In this document: in pieces, positions 25,551-34,790 of the stretch
Numbering within the stretch: position 1 is the stretch's first letter
Layout: every line of letters begins with the position of its first letter
From: a virus
Lineage: Duplodnaviria; Caudoviricetes
IMG/VR virus record: IMGVR_UViG_3300046025_000058
Span: 1-35,057 of that record
Length of the DNA: 35,057 bases
Direction: 5' to 3' (one strand)
Program-made: the position numbers and the translations under genes
Notes under the pieces: generated by a model
What the model was told of the DNA's origin: nothing
Databases searched by the model: none
What the model saw: only the letters and a program-made list of their open reading frames with translations

Positions 25551-28076
25551 ATGCCATTTACTCCGAGCGGTGACGAGGGCATCAACATCGAGATCTCAGC
25601 TGATGACGACGGAGCCTCGGCTGCGTTCGCCGATGTTGAGCGTTCGGCCCTCGACATGAAGACAGCTGTCGCAGGAGCAGGTGCTGTGCTGGCCGGCGCC
25701 GGGGTTGCCGGCCTGGCGGGTGCGACGAAGGCAGCTGCTGACTTCGAGAGCGCGATGGTAGAAGTCGAGAAAGTGACGAATCCGGAGACGGCCGAAGAAA
25801 TGTCGGCCTCGATCCGCGAAATGGCGGAGACGATCCCGCTGGCGCAGAAGGAACTCGCAGGGATCGCAGCCGACGCTGGCCGGTTCGGCGTCGAAGGGCC
25901 CGAGAATATCGAGAAGTTCACCGAGGCGACGGCGAAGATGGCCTCGGCGACGGACATGAATACCGATGAGGCTGGCCAGGCCTTCGCGAAGCTCGCTGAA
26001 CTAACTAATACGCCGATCTCTGAAGTCGAGAACCTCGGTTCTGCGATCAACGAACTATCGAATAACACTGCGACAAGCGCTCAGGAGATCTCCGACTCGA
26101 TGATGCGCTCGGCTGGTGCGCTTTCCCAGCTCGGGATGAGCCAGACGGAGATCGCCGGGATGTCCGCAGCGCTCAACGAAGTGAGCGAGTCGTCCGAGCG
26201 CGCTGGGACGCGAATGCGCCGACTCGGCCAAGAGATGATGAATCCCAAGAAAGCGGGCGATCTGGCGTCTGCGCTCGGGATGACGGAAGAGGAGTTCGTC
26301 AAGATGCGGGAAGAGTCCCCCGACGAGCTCATGCTCCGGATGGCCGAGGCCATGAAAGAGGGCGGAGACGAGGCTGATGCTCTCAAGAACGCCCTCTCGA
26401 CGACGTCGAGGCAGGCCCTCTCTGGGATGGCCCAGAACATCGACGGGACACGGAAGGCCCTCGAGATGTCCAGCACGGCCTACGAGGAGAATACGTCGGT
26501 ACAGGAGGAGTTCAACGCAGCGTCTGATACCTTCAACAAGAAGCTCCAGACGATGAAGAATCGTCTCCGGAACGTTGGGATTGTGATGGGCAACCAGATT
26601 CTCCCGGTGCTCACCACCGCGATGGACAAGCTGGCCTCACTCATCGACTCCTTCGCGAAGATGAACGAGGAGATGGACGGCCTTCCTGCCCTCATCATGA
26701 CGATCGGGGCTGTCCTCACCGGGCTGGGTGCGATCGCTGTGACTGTCGGCCCGGCCATCGTCGGTGCCCTCTCTCCGATCCTCGCGCCGGTTGCTGCGCT
26801 CACGGCAGCGATCGGAGTGCTTGCCTATGCGTGGAAGAACAACCTGGGCGGGATACGTGGCGCGACGAAGGATCTTTGGGCTACTCTCCAACCAGTCTTC
26901 CAGAACGTCAAATCGATCCTGAAGACGGTGCTCGACGATTATGCGATCCCGCTCGCAAAGCGCCTGTACTCCGTCTGGAAGACGCAGTTCTCCGCTGTTC
27001 TCGCCGAAGTCATCGAGACGATGGGGGTACTCAAGAACCGGATCAAGATCGTCCTCAACGTCATCCAGGCACTCTGGAACCGCTACGGCACCCAGATAAA
27101 GAAAATCGCGACGACGATCTTCAAAGCGATTGAGTTGGTTGTCAAGACGGCGATGCGAGCGATCTCGACGACTATTCAGGTGATCCTCAACCTGATTCAG
27201 GGCGACTTCGACGAGGCACTCAGCGTCGTCCTGGACTTCTGGAAGACGACGTTCGACGACGTTCTCAACTTCCTCACTGGGAGTTTCCTTACTGGGCTCA
27301 AGGCCGGCCTGAAGCTCATCTTCAAGACGGGACGCGATCTCTTCGTCGGCTTCGGGACGTTCATCACTAACACGATCAAGAACACGTTCAACGGTATTAC
27401 AAGCTGGATCGCGAACACAGGCCAGAGTCTGTTCTCGAGCGCGTTCGGTGGTATTGGAAGCGCGATCGAAGGCGTCATCGACTCCACGATCTCCTATATC
27501 AAGAATGGTATCACTGGTGCAGTCAACTGGATCGTGAACCAGATCGACGAGACGATCCAGGGTGCAGTTGACACGTTCAACGAGGCCGTCCCTGACAAGC
27601 TCGAAATCCCCGAGATCACTGTCGGCGGTGGCGAACTCGACATTCCGTCAAAGGATATCCCCAACCCTGTTCCGGGTGAAGACGGCTGGACTGTTGGTGG
27701 CGGAGATCTCGACATTCCGAGCCAGTCCGTCGGTGGCCAGTCGATGGATATGCCTCAGCTCGCAGAGGGTGGTATCGTCGATCAGACGACGATTGCGATG
27801 ATCGGCGAGGCTGGCAAGGAGGCTGTCGTCCCGCTCGAGAAGCTCGATCACTTCCTCGACACTGCGTTCCAGGTCGGGATGCAGTCGGCCTCGTTGAGCC
27901 CCACCCCGGCACCCACTCCTGCTGGCTCCGGTTCTGGCGGAAGCAAGGACGTCTCACTGACGGCCTCGCTCCGTGTCGAGGGCGACGACAAGCTTGCCGA
28001 GATAATCCGCGAGCACGCTGAGATCGTCGTTGACGAGAACGAGCAAGATAAACACGATCGGATGCAGCGCTTCTGA
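25551..28076 (+). CDS. Tape measure protein (TP901-family core)
   Basis: AADFESAMVEVEKV, Ala/Gly-rich helices, W/F-spaced amphipathic repeats, C-terminal PQLAEGGIV...IGEAGKEAVVPL. Confidence 0.95.
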   Translation: MPFTPSGDEGINIEISADDDGASAAFADVERSALDMKTAVAGAGAVLAGAGVAGLAGATKAAADFESAMVEVEKVTNPETAEEMSASIREMAETIPLAQKELAGIAADAGRFGVEGPENIEKFTEATAKMASATDMNTDEAGQAFAKLAELTNTPISEVENLGSAINELSNNTATSAQEISDSMMRSAGALSQLGMSQTEIAGMSAALNEVSESSERAGTRMRRLGQEMMNPKKAGDLASALGMTEEEFVKMREESPDELMLRMAEAMKEGGDEADALKNALSTTSRQALSGMAQNIDGTRKALEMSSTAYEENTSVQEEFNAASDTFNKKLQTMKNRLRNVGIVMGNQILPVLTTAMDKLASLIDSFAKMNEEMDGLPALIMTIGAVLTGLGAIAVTVGPAIVGALSPILAPVAALTAAIGVLAYAWKNNLGGIRGATKDLWATLQPVFQNVKSILKTVLDDYAIPLAKRLYSVWKTQFSAVLAEVIETMGVLKNRIKIVLNVIQALWNRYGTQIKKIATTIFKAIELVVKTAMRAISTTIQVILNLIQGDFDEALSVVLDFWKTTFDDVLNFLTGSFLTGLKAGLKLIFKTGRDLFVGFGTFITNTIKNTFNGITSWIANTGQSLFSSAFGGIGSAIEGVIDSTISYIKNGITGAVNWIVNQIDETIQGAVDTFNEAVPDKLEIPEITVGGGELDIPSKDIPNPVPGEDGWTVGGGDLDIPSQSVGGQSMDMPQLAEGGIVDQTTIAMIGEAGKEAVVPLEKLDHFLDTAFQVGMQSASLSPTPAPTPAGSGSGGSKDVSLTASLRVEGDDKLAEIIREHAEIVVDENEQDKHDRMQRF

Positions 28077-28104
28077 GATAGACTATTCTCTCTACCTGTG
28101 CAAA

Positions 28105-28569
28105 ATGACTGACGTAACTTGGACTATCGAGACTGCTGATTTTGGGACTCTCACTGCCTCAGGTGTGAGTGCCGATTCACTCCCGACGTTTCTCGTCGGT
28201 GAGGAGATCACACTATCGTTCGTCTTCAACACTGGGCTCGCGAACCACGTTGAAGACTACAACGCACTCCGGCAGTACGGACGATTCGCGAACGACTCGA
28301 CGACGGACACGGGTACGGACATCCGAGGCAAGCCCTGGTATCGCGAGAAACCCCATCCGGAGAGCAACACGAGCTCCGCCGTCGTTCGGCTCTCACCAGG
28401 GCCAGATGTCGGCCTCAACGATTACTGGGGACTCATCACCGGGATCGAGGATAACACGCGCTACGTCGGTGCTGGTGAACGGATCGATCTCACCGTCTTC
28501 ATCTTGGCCAAGGGCGACTCGTATACCTCGCGAGATGCACTCCGTGACGATCTCGAGGCCGAGCTATGA
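28105..28569 (+). CDS. Distal tail (Dit-like) protein (starts MTDVTW)
   Basis: Between TMP and hub. ATGA overlap with the next gene. Confidence 0.6.
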   Translation: MTDVTWTIETADFGTLTASGVSADSLPTFLVGEEITLSFVFNTGLANHVEDYNALRQYGRFANDSTTDTGTDIRGKPWYREKPHPESNTSSAVVRLSPGPDVGLNDYWGLITGIEDNTRYVGAGERIDLTVFILAKGDSYTSRDALRDDLEAEL

Positions 28570-31229
28570 GTGGGTACGAGCTCACGATTGGAGGCCCTCG
28601 GGACGATTCGTCGTCCGATGTCTACCAGAACCTGCTCGATCTCTCGATCAGCGAGAACCCGACGGCGAAGAATAGCTGGAGTGCCTCGATCCCCTACGAT
28701 CGCTCGTTCGAGGACGGTCTCCTCGCCGAGATCTTCATCTACTACGAGGGCGACACGATCTTTCGCGGGATTCTCGAGTCCGTCGAGTCCAGCTTCGACG
28801 GCTCTGAGACGACGTTGAGCGGGCGTGGAGTACTCGTTGAGCTCGCGTACGAGACGGAGGTGCTGACGTACTCGGACACGACGGTGTACGAGGCGCTCAA
28901 AGACTACTGGGCGAATCACACTCACTTCGATCCGATCGTCCACCCACCGAATCGCGACGTCCACAACGAATCGTACGTCGCGACGTCGGAGATTCGGGGG
29001 ATTTTCAGCTTCGATAATTCGCCCGCTGGTGTCGTCGACGATCCCCATGCGTACGCTGAGAAGAGCCAGCTCCAACTTCATCGGATGAACTATACCGAGG
29101 ATGCGTCGGTTGAGACGATGAATACCTCGGGCTCTGACGTACCCAACTCTGCGTACTCGAACGATACGGGACTCCGGCTCGAGACAGACGGCTACGTCGA
29201 GTACGATTACAGCGCTGACTTCGACAACAGCGACTACGGCTGGTACGTTCGACTCCAGTCCTCGTCGACGAGCGCGACGCTGGACTTCTACATCAACGGG
29301 ACGCACGTTCGTACCTGGAGCCTGGACATCCAGTCGATCAGCCACGAGTGGCTCGATATCCTGAACGACAGTCGACTCTCGTCAGTCAACTCGGCGCCGT
29401 CTTCGCTCACCGAGAACCCCACCCTTCGCGTCGAAGTCAGCGGGCTCGCCACCGACGAATGGGTAGATTTCGACGCAATGTCGGCGACGTACGAGGCAAC
29501 CGGCGACTACACCCTCCCGTCGAGTACGAACACGGACAACGTCTACGAGGGCCCGGAGTGGTACCCCCAGAACACCCTCGTCGACGGTGAGCCGGATGAT
29601 GGCTACAATGGACGACTGCTCGACTCGGAAACGGATCGGCTCTGGCTACTCGTCGAGACGCTCGATCCTGTGGCCGAACTGACGGCCGATATGAAGTGCA
29701 TGAATACCGGGGAAGTCGTCACAGAGACGGTGTCCCACGACTCGCCCAGGACGACGCACATCTTCGACTACTCGTTCTCCAACCCTGGAGACGAGTTCGC
29801 CCAGAAGCTCTACATCGATGGTGAGCAGCCCGATACGCAGTCGTCGTCTGGTGAGACTACGGCGCCGTCCGTCTCTCGCTTCGAGTTCTTTGTCAGCGAC
29901 ACCTCGAAGCACGTCCGGATTGACAACACAGAGTTCTCGGGTACCAAGATGGAGATTCTGGAGGAGATCCACGATCTCGGTTCGTACCACGCGACGGTGA
30001 CGGACTACGAAAACCACGGCGTCGAGTCCTTCGGCCAGGGGACACTCAACGACGAGCCCTTCTGGCGGATCACCTCCGACGATCGGACGCTCGATTACAG
30101 CGATTACGCCAACAAAGTCACCGTGGAGAGCGCCCGACTCGATGACGGTACCGTCAACCGAGCAACGGCGTCTGATCAGGACGAGATCGACGTCATCGGG
30201 CGCACCGTCCACAAGTTCGAGAAGAACCCGGACATGGAGACGGCCGACGAGGTATCGACGCGGGCCGAACGATTGCTCGAGGAGAAGATCAACGAGCGTG
30301 ACGAATCGGGCTCGCTCGAGGCCGTCCCGATGCCGGTTGATGTCGGCTACACGTATCCTGTGACGCCTTGGAGCGACGTCTTCCGCTACGGTGGACGTGT
30401 CGGTGTCAACGCGCTTGAACTTGATCCAACGGACGGTGAGGCCGACTATGTCCGGTGGGACGGGACAGGGATCGACTCGACACCGGATATCCATACCTTC
30501 GAGTACCTGATCTACCCCCGAGGGTTGGCCGAGCTGGGCGACGACGAGTACCAGACGCTACACTCTGGATACACCGAATGGAGCTTTGAGACGGACGTCG
30601 TCCGGCTCTACGGTGACGGGAGTGTCGAACTTCCGTACGATAACGACAACATCGTCCGATCCGATCCAGGCGTCGTCAACAACCGAGATACACAACGGTT
30701 GTCGATCGTCTGGGGTTCGGACGATGACGTCCAAACAGCCAAGTTCTACGTCGACGGCGAGCTCAAAGACAAGAAAGAGCACACGATCTCGTATCCATGG
30801 GAGGACGTCAACTACCAGATTCTTGGATGCGATACGAGCAACAACCACGCGTTCGATGGTGGCCTCGATGACGTCCGACTGTGGTACGGGGAGGAACGGA
30901 CGCAGTCCGAGATTGATCGGTTCAAGCACGAGGATCTCGTCGAGCACCCTGAGGCCGATCTGACGAACCTCCCGATCTACCTCCGATTCGACGATCACTC
31001 GGATACGAGCACCGCACGGATCGATGGTGGTGACGAATACATCGGCAACCTTCCGACGCCCGAGATTCACGGGGCTACCTACGAGGCGTCGTTCGGCCAA
31101 CTCGAAGAGGTTCAGTACTCGCTTGGTGACGATGCATCGATGTCCCTCAAGTTCGATATTTCTGGCCGTGTCGACACTGAGCTGATCAAGATGCGGAATG
31201 ACGTCCGTCGGAACCAGCACAATCTCTAA
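28566..31229 (+). CDS. Tail tip/hub (Tal-like) protein with inserted beta-sandwich and LamG/ConA-like domains
   Basis: Hub motifs IFRGILESVE, DYANKVTV, AERLLEE. LamG motif FYVDGEL...FDGGLDDVRLW...TQSEI. Confidence 0.78.
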   Translation: MSGYELTIGGPRDDSSSDVYQNLLDLSISENPTAKNSWSASIPYDRSFEDGLLAEIFIYYEGDTIFRGILESVESSFDGSETTLSGRGVLVELAYETEVLTYSDTTVYEALKDYWANHTHFDPIVHPPNRDVHNESYVATSEIRGIFSFDNSPAGVVDDPHAYAEKSQLQLHRMNYTEDASVETMNTSGSDVPNSAYSNDTGLRLETDGYVEYDYSADFDNSDYGWYVRLQSSSTSATLDFYINGTHVRTWSLDIQSISHEWLDILNDSRLSSVNSAPSSLTENPTLRVEVSGLATDEWVDFDAMSATYEATGDYTLPSSTNTDNVYEGPEWYPQNTLVDGEPDDGYNGRLLDSETDRLWLLVETLDPVAELTADMKCMNTGEVVTETVSHDSPRTTHIFDYSFSNPGDEFAQKLYIDGEQPDTQSSSGETTAPSVSRFEFFVSDTSKHVRIDNTEFSGTKMEILEEIHDLGSYHATVTDYENHGVESFGQGTLNDEPFWRITSDDRTLDYSDYANKVTVESARLDDGTVNRATASDQDEIDVIGRTVHKFEKNPDMETADEVSTRAERLLEEKINERDESGSLEAVPMPVDVGYTYPVTPWSDVFRYGGRVGVNALELDPTDGEADYVRWDGTGIDSTPDIHTFEYLIYPRGLAELGDDEYQTLHSGYTEWSFETDVVRLYGDGSVELPYDNDNIVRSDPGVVNNRDTQRLSIVWGSDDDVQTAKFYVDGELKDKKEHTISYPWEDVNYQILGCDTSNNHAFDGGLDDVRLWYGEERTQSEIDRFKHEDLVEHPEADLTNLPIYLRFDDHSDTSTARIDGGDEYIGNLPTPEIHGATYEASFGQLEEVQYSLGDDASMSLKFDISGRVDTELIKMRNDVRRNQHNL

Positions 31230-31265
31230 TGACTCCTTCACCCCTCTGTTGTCGCTCTCCAACCC

Positions 31266-31643
31266 ATGTCTGGACTCGAGACTCTCCTTACATCGTTCTT
31301 TGTTGAAGTCGTCATTTTCGGCCTCGGAATAGTCGTAACACTCGTCGGAGCGATCTACAAGCTTATCACAAATCGGATTAACGACGCTGAGGGGCGCCTC
31401 ACGACGATCGAGAACCGGTTGGATACAGTGTTTTCCTGGGCGTTTGGAACCGATGCAGACTGCACTGACAGGGGCGTCTCGGGTGATCTCGAGAACGTCA
31501 CCAACAGTCTCTCCGAACTCATCGATCGCGTCGATGAGCTCGAAGCCCAGGAGTGTGATGAGCTTCGTGACGAGTTCGAGCAGCTCGTCGATGCGCTTCA
31601 CTACGACGACTCGATCGACTTCGACCGCGACGATCTCAACTGA
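31266..31643 (+). CDS. Protein with N-terminal TM and coiled coil, holin-like candidate
   Basis: One TM (FFVEVVIFGLGIVVTLVGAIY), then heptads. Last gene of the late operon. Confidence 0.5.
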   Translation: MSGLETLLTSFFVEVVIFGLGIVVTLVGAIYKLITNRINDAEGRLTTIENRLDTVFSWAFGTDADCTDRGVSGDLENVTNSLSELIDRVDELEAQECDELRDEFEQLVDALHYDDSIDFDRDDLN

Positions 31644-31646
31644 GAT

Positions 31647-31688
31647 TTAACCAACAGAAACACCAGTTCGTCCCCGACTGTTGGTTAA
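31647..31688. repeat. Dispersed inverted repeat, copy 3: TTAACCAACAG-N20-CTGTTGGTTAA
   Basis: Perfect 11-bp arms, 3 nt after the stop of the last late gene. Confidence 0.9.
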
Positions 31689-31920
31689 GTCGGTGGCCCG
31701 ATTACGCTGCTCATGGGCGGGTGGCAGAGGGCCCCAATATGTCAGTCTTGATTCCAGGCACTCATCTGAGCGTCTTGGTGTTTGTACGTGTAGTGTGAGG
31801 GCATTTCGTCCACACTACTCTCGTTGGATCTTCCCTGAATTCGTTACTCACCTGAATGGAATCTATGTATACAGAACCGATGGCAAAAGATTAATTCCAA
31901 TCTGATACTATTGGCCTTGT

Positions 31921-32688
31921 GTGAGTCCTTGGTATTCTGTGCCACCTGATGATTTGACAAAATTGATTCGTCAAAGGAACTTCTCAGAAACACTTGCTGG
32001 AAAAGCAAGCCCAATAATATCTGGGCTTAATCAAGCGTATATAACGTATCTGGAGAATTATATTCAACTCAGGGACACTGGGGATTGTCTTAAGCAAGAT
32101 ATTAAAGCAACACCTGATAGAAAACAGCAAAAGGAAGAACATCTCCGCCAATTAACTGTTAATCTCCATAATTACCTCTCTTCACTATATTCACTATACG
32201 CATCTGTAAGTGAGTCATACAAGAAATTGGGGGTTCTTGGAAAGTATAAGACATCTCAATTATGGGGATATAGGCGTCAAACATCGATTATGCAGGGATT
32301 GAGGACATATGTTCAGCATGTCAGGCCAATAAATATCAGATGGTTGGTGGGGAAAAGTGATGAATCTGATAAACTAACTGTGGAACTTGGTGTCTGGTTA
32401 TCAGATGTAGCTGATCATGATTTTTATGAGAAAATGACTACTTCTTCTGGTGAGAAAATTGATGGCGTGAAATACCACTATGGGAGTGTTGATCGTGAAT
32501 TTATAGATGTCCTTTATGAATCCCAAGATACCACTAAGAAGACACGAGATTTTTTCCAAGATTCGGTTGAGAATATTTGTGATGAGGTGGTTGACAAAGT
32601 TGACGAATTCACCGAGACTGAAAGCGATATCATGTATAGAGAGGGGACTTCTATTCCGGCCCAAGTCTCTGAAAGTCTTGAAATATAA
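31921..32688 (+). CDS. HEPN-like protein (putative RNase/defence)
   Basis: Helical, with LHNYLSS and an R-x4-H motif (LRTYVQH). AT-rich, GTG start. Confidence 0.55.
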   Translation: MSPWYSVPPDDLTKLIRQRNFSETLAGKASPIISGLNQAYITYLENYIQLRDTGDCLKQDIKATPDRKQQKEEHLRQLTVNLHNYLSSLYSLYASVSESYKKLGVLGKYKTSQLWGYRRQTSIMQGLRTYVQHVRPINIRWLVGKSDESDKLTVELGVWLSDVADHDFYEKMTTSSGEKIDGVKYHYGSVDREFIDVLYESQDTTKKTRDFFQDSVENICDEVVDKVDEFTETESDIMYREGTSIPAQVSESLEI

Positions 32689-33256
32689 ATCGTCTATCTT
32701 GTCTACGCTCGTTCATGTCTTTTATTATGTGTTTTATCTGGTGCTTGTTGCGATCAGGAATGGATAGTATTCCATTTTCAACAAAGGTTTCCAGCCGGAT
32801 TCCAAAGTATAACAATTCATCATATACCGTCGCTGGGCCGAGTATATGACGGTTTGAATACTTATCAACAACAGAGTCATCTAACGGAGGAAGATAGGTA
32901 TTAAAAATGTCTAATGGATCCCATTCAACCCCTGAACTGGGCCCGCTTGCATCAATAGCTCCCTCCTGCTTAAACAAATTATCTGAGCCGTCTTCAACGA
33001 GTTCACCGAGGATCAGAATCTCATCCGTTCCATTGTGAGGAAGAGAAATTTCTCTTCTACGGCAATTGTTACAGTACTTCCTTTGTCCAAATGGTTGAGG
33101 CGCCTCTTGCTTTTCTTCAGGTAGATTCCAGTCGACATCTGCACAGTAGATTGTCATAGGTGTTCCAAGACTAATCTCATGCGTGCAAAAATCACAGTAC
33201 CGCGGCTCTGACGACCGGAGGACAAAATCTGGGAGGTGAATTTTCGGCAAGTCCAT
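32651..33256 (-). CDS. Hypothetical protein with two CxxC pairs
   Basis: YCDFC...YCNNC. AT-rich, convergent with the HEPN-like gene. Confidence 0.65.
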   Translation of the reverse strand: MDLPKIHLPDFVLRSSEPRYCDFCTHEISLGTPMTIYCADVDWNLPEEKQEAPQPFGQRKYCNNCRRREISLPHNGTDEILILGELVEDGSDNLFKQEGAIDASGPSSGVEWDPLDIFNTYLPPLDDSVVDKYSNRHILGPATVYDELLYFGIRLETFVENGILSIPDRNKHQIKHIIKDMNERRQDRRFIFQDFQRLGPE

Positions 33257-33564
33257 CGCTGCTATCAGAAATGTGGAATGGAATTACTTTACTTGTAGGG
33301 GCATATCTTCAAGACAGAGTTAAACGTCCGGCGTGACGCTGGCCATCTCTGTTCTAACGTCTCCTACTCTCCTCGACGAGTGTTTAATTCAGTAACAAAT
33401 CTGAAGTCCATAGCCGATTAACTATCAATAGATTCCATACGTGGTGCAGGGCCGTCCGGTGACTGCCTCAACTCAATTGGCGAGATCGACGATTCGCGGA
33501 TCGCCTCGTTGCCATCTGACGAATTTATCGGCCCAGATCGTTAATTAAACGAGCGGGCCAGTTA

Positions 33565-33765
33565 GGGATTGAGGTAGCGACTGATCCAGACGAGCGAGAG
33601 GAAATCCACGCCGAGCTCGACGCTGGTGCCTTCCACGCGTATGGGCTTGATCGAGAGCAAACTACGTTCGTACTGGACGATTTCTACCAAGTTCAGAACC
33701 CGTGACGGATGACGGACAAGTATTTCGATCTGGTGCTGGAGAAATACGACGAGTTGGCAGATTAG
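33565..33765 (+). pseudogene. C-terminal remnant of a type IIG (Eco57I-like) restriction-modification gene
   Basis: Hand translation GIEVATDPDEREEIHAELDAGAFHAYGLDREQTTFVLDDFYQVQNP*RMTDKYFDLVLEKYDELAD*. ELDA...HAYGL...FVLDDF matches the recalled C-terminus of these enzymes. In-frame TGA at 33703-33705, no start. Confidence 0.7.
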
Positions 33766-33920
33766 TAGTCGATAGGAAATCCCGAACTACATTTGATTCT
33801 TTGTTGTTTGCACAAGAGTGTGTCAGCACACCCGCTTTGTGGTAGTCAATTAGTTAGCTATTATCATCAAAGACGAGTTTTTAAACTTGTAGAATACCTA
33901 ATGCGAAAGAGAGCCAAACT

Positions 33921-34766
33921 ATGTGGGATGCCTTCATAAGCCATGCAAGTGAGGACAAAGAGGACTTTGTTAAACCACTCGCTGATGAGTTAGAAAATCT
34001 GGGATTGAACGTATGGTATGATGATTTTGAGCTATCTGTCGGCGATCAAATCCCGAGAGAAATTGAACGTGGTTTAAGTGATTCTGATTATGGGATAGTC
34101 ATACTCTCAGACTCATTCTTTGAAAAGAGCTGGACACAAGAGGAACTGGGTTCACTAATCCAACGTGATATGAATGAACCAGATAAGGTTATTCTGCCTG
34201 TTTGTTATGGCATGTCGCCAGAGGAGGTGCAGTCACATCATACGCAATTGGGCAAACGATATTTGATTTCCGGGGATTCATCAACCGTTTCTGAGGTTGC
34301 TCAAGAACTCTACCAAGAAATTCTGGAAAGTAGCACACAGTCGATTTCAGAGGCTGATTTAGGGAAATTCGATCCCGAGACGTTGGACTATCTCGCCACG
34401 GTTCTCGGAGAAATAAAACAGGGTACAGAAATAAAACGGTTTTTCGAGCAGATGGGCTTCGAGATCGATTGGGATGATGCTAAGGAGGGGAGCATCCATG
34501 AATATATTGCAACTTTTCCTGTAGAAGCTAAAGAAAGAGGGATAGAACTGGGGAGTGAGCGAAAAGGTGTGATCTTTAGCAAACTCAAAGAACTGAATGA
34601 TGAAGATCCATCTAATGTCGTGTCTGTTATCGAGAAGATCTCTCATCCGCGGAATTATATTAGAAGCGATAAAGACAGAGAAGAGATTGTAGGGGAATTG
34701 AATGAGATACTGAAATGGGAGGGATTGAGGATCGTTGATCAGGGTGAAGTGAAGCAGTTCAGCTAA
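33921..34766 (+). CDS. TIR-domain protein with C-terminal helical domain (AbiJ N-terminal-like)
   Basis: DAFISHASEDK, VWYDDF, GIVILS..FF.KSWTQEEL (catalytic Glu position retained), ILPV. Confidence 0.9.
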   Translation: MWDAFISHASEDKEDFVKPLADELENLGLNVWYDDFELSVGDQIPREIERGLSDSDYGIVILSDSFFEKSWTQEELGSLIQRDMNEPDKVILPVCYGMSPEEVQSHHTQLGKRYLISGDSSTVSEVAQELYQEILESSTQSISEADLGKFDPETLDYLATVLGEIKQGTEIKRFFEQMGFEIDWDDAKEGSIHEYIATFPVEAKERGIELGSERKGVIFSKLKELNDEDPSNVVSVIEKISHPRNYIRSDKDREEIVGELNEILKWEGLRIVDQGEVKQFS

Positions 34767-34790
34767 TAACCTGATCAATCTGGATGTCTG

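Larger units (their letters stand above)
1..31688. mobile_element. Haloarchaeal siphovirus-like provirus core (integrase through end of late operon); the AT-rich cargo to 35057 may or may not belong to it
   Basis: Integrase plus a complete, syntenic head-neck-tail gene set. Proteins are strongly acidic. No tail sheath gene. No att repeats seen in the window. Confidence 0.9.

Noticed and set aside
27618-27719. Duplicated TVGGG(E/D)LDIP segment in the tape measure C-terminus
   Set aside because: Real, but short internal repeats are ordinary in tape measure proteins.
11494-31601. Many long antisense or alternate-frame ORFs over the structural genes (e.g. 16175-17347, 20728-21624, 28461-29345, 30558-31601)
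   Set aside because: Shadow ORFs expected from GC-rich, GAC/GAG-biased codons. They are Arg/Val/Leu/Ser-rich, not acidic, and overlap well-supported genes.
6615-31688. Treating the inverted repeats as a CRISPR array or a confirmed integron
   Set aside because: Copies are kilobases apart, not a spacer array. They are shorter than typical attC sites, only one fits both core consensus ends, and the integrase looks SNJ2-like rather than IntI-like.
8888-33560. Similarity between GGCCGGATCGACGTTAATT (about 8890) and GGCCCAGATCGTTAATT (about 33530) as att-like repeats
   Set aside because: Short, gapped match compatible with chance, and not positioned at the element ends.
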